Origin: Eledone cirrhosa
Taxonomy: Eukaryota
Direction of reading: 5' to 3'
Length of the DNA: 64,000 nucleotides
Assembly: GCA_964016885.1 (NCBI GenBank)
Contig: OZ024740.1
Coordinates: forward strand, 70,680,001-70,744,000
Shown here: in pieces, positions 55,611-64,000 of the stretch
Layout of the letters: every line of letters starts with the position of its first letter
Position numbering within the stretch: position 1 is the first letter of the stretch
Position numbers and translations under genes: made by a program
The notes under the pieces: model-generated
Database searches by the model: none
Seen by the model: only the letters and a program-made list of their open reading frames with translations
What the model was told of the DNA's origin: nothing

Positions 55611-57204
55611 TAAGTAAGTTAAATAATGGTTTCTTATTTAAACTAAAATAATAAGTCTACAATATTTAAAAAATTCATTTTGCCAATTGTTATATCACGG
55701 TAGAGATGGTAGTTAGAGAATTGGATTCGCAATCGTGAGGTTGTGATTTCGATCCCAGACTGGGTAATGCGTTATGTCCTTGACACTATATTTCACGTTG
55801 CGCTTTTTGCCAGGAGTTGCGACTAGTATCAGCAATGGATAGACCAATGGAAACATTGTTTCCTTGGTCCGATTTGATGAGTTCCACCCCACCCATGCAA
55901 ATGAGGTCTGGGATCTTGTCGATTGAATAAAACAGAGTGGAAATAAATTTACTTTCGAATGGCTGTCACAGGATATATGGGATAAAAAAATTAAGGACTC
56001 CTCCTCTACAGGAAATTTACCTAATCGTCTACAGCGTTTGCCAGGAGTAGAGATAAATACTATTTTTTTTTTAACCGTTCCAAGTTGAATCCAAATAATT
56101 TAAGCTAGACTGATAATATCAGTAAAACATATGAGTATATGAGTGTATCAAAACCGTGCTTCCAGTCATTTCTAAATATGGTTTCCAATACTAATACCAC
56201 GGCCTTCACTCACTATCAAGTATGACTTGGTATCACAATGTACTGGGCTTTCGCTAATGGTTTTAAGCGTCCATGTAATCGCGAGCAGACACAGATACCT
56301 TCTCCAACGTCTCTCCCTCGATCACCGAAACAAGGAAGAGACGACTGGCGGAAGAATGAGCTGCACCAGCACTGTGTTAGTACTTTTTTATTGACCCTAA
56401 AGTATGAAAGACAAAGTGCATTTCGGTGGGATTTGAACTCAGAAAGCCGAAACAAGTATTTATATGCTCTAATGGTTCTGCAAAATCAACTATTTGTGAT
56501 TTCCAATTCATAGTAATAAACAACAACCAGAAAAAAATAGTAAAGAAGACATTACATAACCGTTTCATCTGTTAGAACTACCTACAAGATTACCTTGCAA
56601 AATAATATACTAATAGTACACTGAACAAGGTGGTATAAGATATACAGGATGTGCACTCAAACCCCACCCCACCCCCTCCACAAACACATGTCAAGATGTT
56701 CATAGTTAGAAAGTTTTAGATCATGGCATGGAGCTACTGCAGTGTTTCCCAAACTTATATTGTCACGAAATCCTTATATGATTTTCAAACAATTGCAGAT
56801 ATCATCAACATATTTTAAAATCAATCGCTACCACCCTAATTTTGTTTTAGAGATAGAAATATTTCATGTACAGAAATATTTCAAAATAAGCATAGAGTTT
56901 TTTTGTTCTTTTAAAGATATTGCGTGAAACCCCAGAATACTTTACCGCGCAGACCCAGAACTTTTTCGGATCCCTCTTGTATTGGGGTCCGTATTATTAA
57001 AACACCCAAGAAACCTTGTATGTGATGCAAACTTATGGGAAGCTGGCTAAACCCTCATTGGTGTGATCCATAACACCAACAACACATTTGGGAAACAATG
57101 GACTACTACGTTAGAAGGAGGTTTTAAAGTAATAACAACGACCGCTCTAATCTAGATAACATATTGACAAATAATGTAGAGGGGGAATGATGATGGTGAA
57201 AGCT

Positions 57205-59330
57205 CCTTCTTCTTCTTCTTCGCCCACTTATTCCTGAAAAGCTGGTGGAGGAAGAGTCCTCAAACACTCTTTCCAGACGGTCCTGTCAGAAGCAATTGTC
57301 TCCAACTAATCCGGCTGGATACCCAAGCGACATCAGCCAAGCTTATGTATGTTATCCAACCATCTTTCTCGGGATCTGCCCCTGGGTCTACTGCCGGTTG
57401 GTTTTGCCCGTAAAATCTGTCCAGTGATTCTTTCCTGAGACATTCTAACCTCATTCTCAAAGTATCGGAGCTGTGATCTCTCAATTCGGAGAAGTACCGG
57501 CTTTACCTGGAATGATTCTTTGATATCCGAGCTACGCAATCTATCGAGTAACGTTACTCCAAAGACCCTTCGGAGGAACCCCATTTCGGCCACATGTATT
57601 CGTGATCGTATTCTTTCAGTCATTACCCAAGATTCATGACAATGGGTAAGGGTTGTCACGAATACCGAATTGAAGATAGCGAGTTTGGCTTTTACTCCTA
57701 CCTCCCTTCTTCTGATTACCGAATGTTGAAGCTGGTGCATTACTGCACCAGCTCCTGCAATTCTTGTACTTAATTCAGCCACGTGCTTTACATCACTCTT
57801 GAACACTACCCCGAGATATTTGAACCTCTCTACCTGCTTCAATGGAACTCTATTCACATGTAAGTTGCACTGTGCACACTTCCTTAAGAGGACAAGTGTC
57901 TCAGTTTTCGCAGCACTTATTTTTATTCCAGCCATGCAGTACTTGGCATTAAACCTATCGAGTTCAAGTCGGAGATCACCTTCTGTCGAGTTAAGTAATA
58001 CCAAGTAGTGTGCAAATTACAGCCGACTGATTTTACACTCGCCAGTCATGATACCACTTCCAACCTGGCTGCGCATGTCAATACTGTTTGTGTAAATAAT
58101 TGTTTTTACTTTTGGCACAAGGCCAGCAATTACCCAGTACATTACTGGTTCTTTATTTTATCGATCTCGTAAGGATGAAAGGCAAAGTTAACCTCGGCGG
58201 GATTTGAACTCACATCGTAAAGGGATGTAACTATGCTGAGAAGCATGTCCGACCCTCTACCGATACTGCCAATTCACCGCCCTGTTTGTGTAGATAATGA
58301 ACAGGAGAGGCGACAGTACACTCCCTTGGCAGAATCCGACTCCTACGTTGAGTAGTTTTGATTTAGCACCATTTATTCGAACACAAATACTAAGGCATTT
58401 GTATAGAGACACCAAAGGCAGCAAGAAGCTGACCATCAATCCTATACTCCTGCACACCCTTCCACAGCAGGTCCTGAGGAACGCTGTCATATGCCTTATC
58501 AAGTTCGACAAAACAAGAATACATATCTTGGCAATACTCCCACGATTCGATTTCTCGAAGATCTGCTTCTGTGTGAATCTCCCTGCATCTCTTTGCCAGA
58601 CACTTAGCATAGACTTTACCGGGTAGGCTTAACAAGATCCCTCTGTAACTGGAGCAATCTCTCTTTGTTTCCCATTTTAAAAATTGGGATTATCACTCTC
58701 GATTGACATTACTTAGGTACCTTTCCAAAGATCCAGGCCACCCGGCACACACGAGTCAGCCAGAGAATACCTTCTCTATTTAAGACTTTTAACATCTCGG
58801 GCCGGATTTCATCTTCCCCAGCGGCCTTGCCACATTTGAGCTCTTTAACTGCACTCAGCCTCTGAGAGATTAATGACCACTCCCACATGCACCTCGTGTA
58901 CATCAGAAGATGCTGTTGTGATCGGGTTGGGATCAGCAAAGTATTCTCTCCACCCCGCGAGGATGCATCGCTCTGAAGAGATAAGAATCCCAGACGTGTT
59001 CGTGATAGCAGGTGTGGAGGAGGACATTTTATTACGAAGTCGGCGGATAATCTGCCAGAACATTTTATTTGCTGATCTAAAGTTGGATTCCAGCTTAACC
59101 TCAAAGACCTCCCATTTTCTTAATTTTGGACAAGTGTAAGAAGGAGGACATATTTCCAAGTCAAGCTTTGTAGGCCTCCTCCTTTGCTCGGATGGCATCA
59201 ATGGGTCCTCCTGCCATCCGGTGCCACACAAGCATATTTCACCCGTAGCATTTAACAGCTGAAGCAGAAACTGCCGAGCTGAACAATCTCCACTCTGACT
59301 CAACGTCTTCAGTTTGTCCAGGGAGAAAGC
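57205..59330 (-). mobile_element. RTE-clade LINE, 5'-truncated, frameshifted, (AAG)n tail
   Basis: KAAGEDEIRPEMLK, LDKAYDSVP, QGSVLSPLLFIIY, VERFKYLG, AEMGFLRR, RPRGRSRERW. Confidence 0.92.
58101..58281 (-). mobile_element. SINE inserted in the RTE RT region, 17-bp TSD
   Basis: CTGTTTGTGTA(A/G)ATAAT at 58084-58100 and 58282-58298. Confidence 0.93.
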
Positions 59331-59985
59331 TTGAATTAAAAGAAGTTTTGAATCAGTTAAGTTTTTAAATCAGCTAATATCTTCGAAATGTGCAATAGTG
59401 AATATGAACACCGGAAGCTGTTTTGTATAAGGTCAAGGTTTACAAATAGATATATATGTATAGGTTACCCTTCCCGCTCTTGTTTACCATATTTTTCTCT
59501 TCACTTATATATTGTCTATTTCTTCCCTTTCACAACACAATCAAATACACATATATATATATATATATACACGCGCATACACACACACATACACACACAC
59601 ATACAAACACACACAATAGATACAGATGGCATGAAGATATATGTATATGTGTGTGTGTATATATATATACACACACACACATTTAATCAGACGCATACAC
59701 AAACACGCAATACACACATAGAACGTACGAATCTTTGATTCGTATTTGCATAACACTTAAAATAAGTGATATGTATGCATAAACGTGTCACCGTGAGGCT
59801 GGTAGATACACAAATCACACAATGACACATAATAACATAGATCTATAGAGGTAAAACAGACAGAGAAGTGGATGCCCCAGACGTAATGCAAAACATTTGT
59901 CAAGTGAATATACACCATTTTGTTTTATTACTCGGATTGCTTACAATGTTACAGTCACCTTTCCTCTCATACACCTTTTCCCTCG

Positions 59986-60073
<88 letters not shown>

Positions 60074-60225
60074 TATATACACACACATATACATACTAGT
60101 ATAGTACTCGTCAAAATTGACGGAGTGTATAGTAAAAAGTGTTTTATTTAATATTTGAAGTACATTTATCTTTCTGCCCACAAAGAAATATAATCAACCA
60201 GTCTCTCTCTCTCTCTCTCTATCTA

Positions 60226-60340
<115 letters not shown>

Positions 60341-60374
60341 CTCTCTCTCTGAGGTATATATATATATATATCTG

Positions 60375-60442
<68 letters not shown>

Positions 60443-60900
60443 TTCAGTTATGCATTATACACGATGGGCCATTCCAGTAAATAGCTATTATCACTGGAGT
60501 CGTATCTGTGAGTAGGGGCTATAGGATCTTAGCTGTTAAGCATACAATTGCTAGCAGTGGAGACGTCTGGTGTCCTTGGCCCTAGGGCCACCTCCCTGTG
60601 AGCCTCGCAGGCTGGATTAGCTCTTCCAGCGCGTCTCCTTCACCATCCTCTGGGGAAACGCCTTCTCTATTCTGTCCACAGAGGCCGCAAGGCGGCTACA
60701 GCATGGGCTCCCATTTGCTCATAATAGTGAGAAATGGGGAGAGCGGGAGCGACAGAGGCAGTGACAATGGGAGTTTGGTTCCCTTCTGTTCAGACCTGGT
60801 GTGTATGTATACCGCACCACTATATATATTTAGCTGTGAGCAACGGAATTGTTAGACGGTGAGGTTGATTCCTGAACCGATTTTGTCACAACGCGAATGA

Positions 60901-61551
60901 GTGAGAAAGAAAAAGAACTATAATAAGTTCGACAGGTTCCAGTCCAAACTTAGGAATATCGTTAAGGATTTTAAAGGGAATAAGTCTATTCTTGTCCCGG
61001 CTGACAAGACTAAGAATCTTTACTCTATGGATTACAATGCTTACCGTAATTTTATCTATAAGGAGCTGCATAAAAATTACAAAAAGACAACGCAAGATAA
61101 TTTAGATCATATCAATAATGAGGGTCTCAAGATAGTTTCGGACCTGGGCCTTGATAAGTATACCCAGCCATATTACCCTAGGGAACCGAGATTCACTCTT
61201 AAGGATCATAAGATAGACTTCATTAGTAATCCTTCTGTTAGACTCATTAGTCCTTCTAAGTCTGATATAGCTATAATTAGTAAGAAAATCCTTGACCTGA
61301 TTATACCAGCCGTTAGGGAAAAGGTTCATTTTAATTTATGGGGGAACACTAAGGATGTTATAGATTGGTTCTCTGGAATTAATAAACTTGAGTCTAGTAG
61401 GTTTATCCAGTTTGATATTGATGCCTATTACACGTCGATTTCACTTATCCTCCTTAATAAAGCCTTAATTATGGCCATGCGAGTGTCTAGCCTTACACGA
61501 CCGCAGATTGATGTTATACTAGCAGCCCGTAGGACTATCATCTTGTATTAG
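60901..61551 (+). pseudogene. PLE RT N-terminal half
   Basis: Aligns by eye with ORF 29378-30478 and its upstream region; stops before the YRDD motif. Confidence 0.9.
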
Positions 61552-61578
61552 TCGATAGTGCTTCTTGTAGCTTTACTT

Positions 61579-61616
61579 GCCCTGATGAGTCCTTAATAGG
61601 ACGAAACATTGTTGGC
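61579..61616 (+). ncRNA. Minimal type I hammerhead ribozyme
   Basis: GCC CTGATGA GTCC-TTAATA-GGAC GAAAC ATT GTT GGC. Confidence 0.88.
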
Positions 61617-61708
61617 TAATAGAGACTCTTTGGTTTATTTTTTATAATTTATATATATAACGATCGTAAAATGATGAATTTTTTAATATAAGGAACTTGT
61701 TTTTATTA

Positions 61709-61754
<46 letters not shown>

Positions 61755-61756
<2 letters not shown>

Positions 61757-61950
61757 CGAAGGAAATGTGGTACGGAACCAGATGGACCATAACGCACCAA
61801 AGTACTCAATACTTAGGGTAGTAGAGTGGGTAATAGGAACGAGTGGGACCCCGACGGCTGAGCTCAAGCCGTTTCGACGGTAATTCTAGTCCAGAATTAG
61901 CCGTCGAAACGGCTTGAGCTCAGCCGTCGGGGTCCTACTCGTTCCTATAT
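61755..61950. mobile_element. Fold-back of the 4820 family with the 3' half of an HHR
   Basis: Arms 61834-61887 / 61893-61948; GAAAC GGC TTGAGCTCA GCC GTC GGGG. Confidence 0.85.
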
Positions 61951-62700
61951 ATATATATATATATATATCCGTATGTTGTTGACAGCTGAGAGAAAAGAGT
62001 ACTTAATACCGAAATATATGTGTGTATATATATATATATGTGTGTGTAGAGAGAGAGGGGGGGTTGACAGACAGACAGCTAGATAGATGGAGAAAGACGG
62101 AGATATTGAGACAGGTAAGGAAATGACAAAAGATAATTTAGAAAACAATAAATAAATGAATAAGTAAATATAAATATAACATAAGATAATGCTAAATTGT
62201 TTTGCGATTTGTCTCCTCGATTCGTCGCTTTTGTGGTGCACGACAACCGTAATAATGGTGACTAACTTACTAACTGACTTGGACAACCGGATGTATCTCC
62301 CGCAGCGCCCCAACAATGTACTTCCTAGTAACGACAAGGGCGACACACATAACGCCCTGGCAAAGGTCGAGAGACGAGTTTCCACCAAGCCTGACAGCTG
62401 TTGCTTTCTGTATTTAAGTTTCTTTTCGAGATCCCCTTCTTGTACATAGCCGGCGGGGTGGTGTCATAGAACGTAAAACACCGTGTCTCCTGAACTGTCA
62501 ACCCCGACTTCGTCGGAGTTAACAATAAATATCTTCTCTTTATCTCTCCTCGTTTCTTCTCCTTCCCTTTCCACCCTCCCCTCCTTTTCTCGATTGTAGA
62601 TAAGTTCTTGTTGTGTGTGTGTGTGTGTGTGTGTGTGGAGGGGGAGGGGGGTTCTATTATTATCTTTTATTATTTGTGTATTGTTGTAATTGTTGTTTTC

Positions 62701-62770
<70 letters not shown>

Positions 62771-63409
62771 TCTTCATAACAATGAAATAAATAATGCATT
62801 CTTTATTAGCCACTAAGGCCGAAATACAAAGGACAATACAAATGGACAAGGGCAGTGAGATTTACACATAATATAAAGCATGTACACACAAAAATAACAG
62901 GTAACAAAATAACAATAAATTTAAAACAGAATTCCGTCGTTGGGGGAATAAACGCCACCCAGGTGTGACAATGAAATAAATACAAAAAATAAAAATAGAT
63001 AAATGGAATAAATCAACAATAAATGAAATAGAAGTGATAAGGAAATGAAAAATCTTGTATTAAAAGGAAAAAAGAGAAAGAAAATGTGGAAAAAAGAAAC
63101 TATGGAAAAAGAGCCGGGATGATGGAAGGAAAGGTGGAAAGTCCTTTTGCTTCTTTTATATAAATCAACTGTTGGCCGGCAGATTAATAGACTAAGTAAT
63201 AGAGGAGGATAAATTTAACATAGCGTCTCGTGTCTGCTGTATTGAAGTGTGGATTGTGATATGATTCAAGACGGAAGTACAGCTAGCTCACTGCTAACTA
63301 ATTAGTGGTCTTAGAAGTAAATCAGAATTGTTGAAAATCCCAGATCTGAATAACTTCCTATCGGATCGTATTTGATAACATAGAATGCAGGAGTGAACCC
63401 CGCGAGTTG

Positions 63410-63575
63410 AATAGTTCTTCCAGCGCATCTCTCTCACTATTCTTCTGGGTAACGTATTCTCTATTCTATTCACCGGGACTTCATTTACTCATAATAGTGA
63501 GGAGGGCGAGAGAGAGATCGAGGCGGTGACGGTGTGAGTTTGGTTCATCTGTGTTCGGACCTGGTGTACATGTGT
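63410..63575 (+). repeat. Diverged copy of the PLE 4 upstream region (60616-60810)
   Basis: Shared TCTTCCAGCGC, TTCTCTATTCT, CTCATAATAGTGAG, GAGTTTGGTTC and GACCTGGTGT blocks. Confidence 0.75.
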
Positions 63576-64000
63576 GTTATTATTCATGCTACCTTACAAC
63601 TTTTATAAATATTTCTCACTCTCTATCTTTCAATTTCATCTTTTATTTGTAATCCTATCTTCTGATGAAGGAAGATTCTGTCATAAGCAGCTCACACTGA
63701 AGGTGCATTCCCTGTATGTGTGTGGTGTTTGTATACAGATTAGCACACATCAAAATCCAGCGTGTGTATAGAAAGAAATATCAAATGATCATATTTGTCT
63801 ATCCGTTTGTTTGTCTCTGTCACTCTGTTTTAATTATACATCTCTCTGTTGTGTGTGTATGTGCACGAGTGCATGTGTGTAAGTGTGCGTATGTGTAAGT
63901 ATGCGTGTGTGTCAGTGTGCGTGTGAGTAAGTGTGCGTGTGTGTGTTTTATACATTCCTGTAGAACATGTCTTCACTCTGAATTTCCACCACCCTTTGAT

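Larger units (their letters stand above)
60440..61660 (+). mobile_element. Internally deleted PLE 4 (relative of PLE 2)
   Basis: ORF 60901-61551 (PADKTKNLY, FTLKDHK.DF.SNPSVRLI.PSKSDI, FDIDAYYTSI) jumps at about 61542 to an HHR-bearing 3' end. Confidence 0.85.

Noticed and set aside
63655-63795. CTGATGA possibly starting a hammerhead
   Set aside because: No convincing stem II or GAAA-stem III-stem I closure found

Overview
AT-rich, microsatellite-saturated animal DNA with no recognisable host protein-coding gene. The SINE complement and repeat style point to an octopus-like cephalopod (inference). Almost all ORF-track entries are translations of (TA)n/(CA)n/(TACA)n. The real coding remnants are four Penelope-like retroelements (PLEs; RT with or without C-terminal GIY-YIG), two RTE-type LINE fragments, CR1/L2-like LINE fragments and a deleted mariner. 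Three non-autonomous Helitrons and several tRNA-derived SINE families are also present. The main hidden signal, read by eye, is about 25 type-I hammerhead ribozyme (HHR) motifs from roughly 15 different repeat families, nearly all embedded in (TA)n arrays. Three families carry a compensated U3-A8 catalytic core (TTGA[T/A]AA instead of CTGANGA) and two carry CCGANGA. About a dozen insertions share one geometry: two copies fused head-to-head with both 3' ends pointing outward into (TA)n. One 320-nt non-coding, circularly permuted HHR unit looks like a non-LTR retrozyme. All ribozyme calls are manual and untested, and repeat boundaries are approximate.
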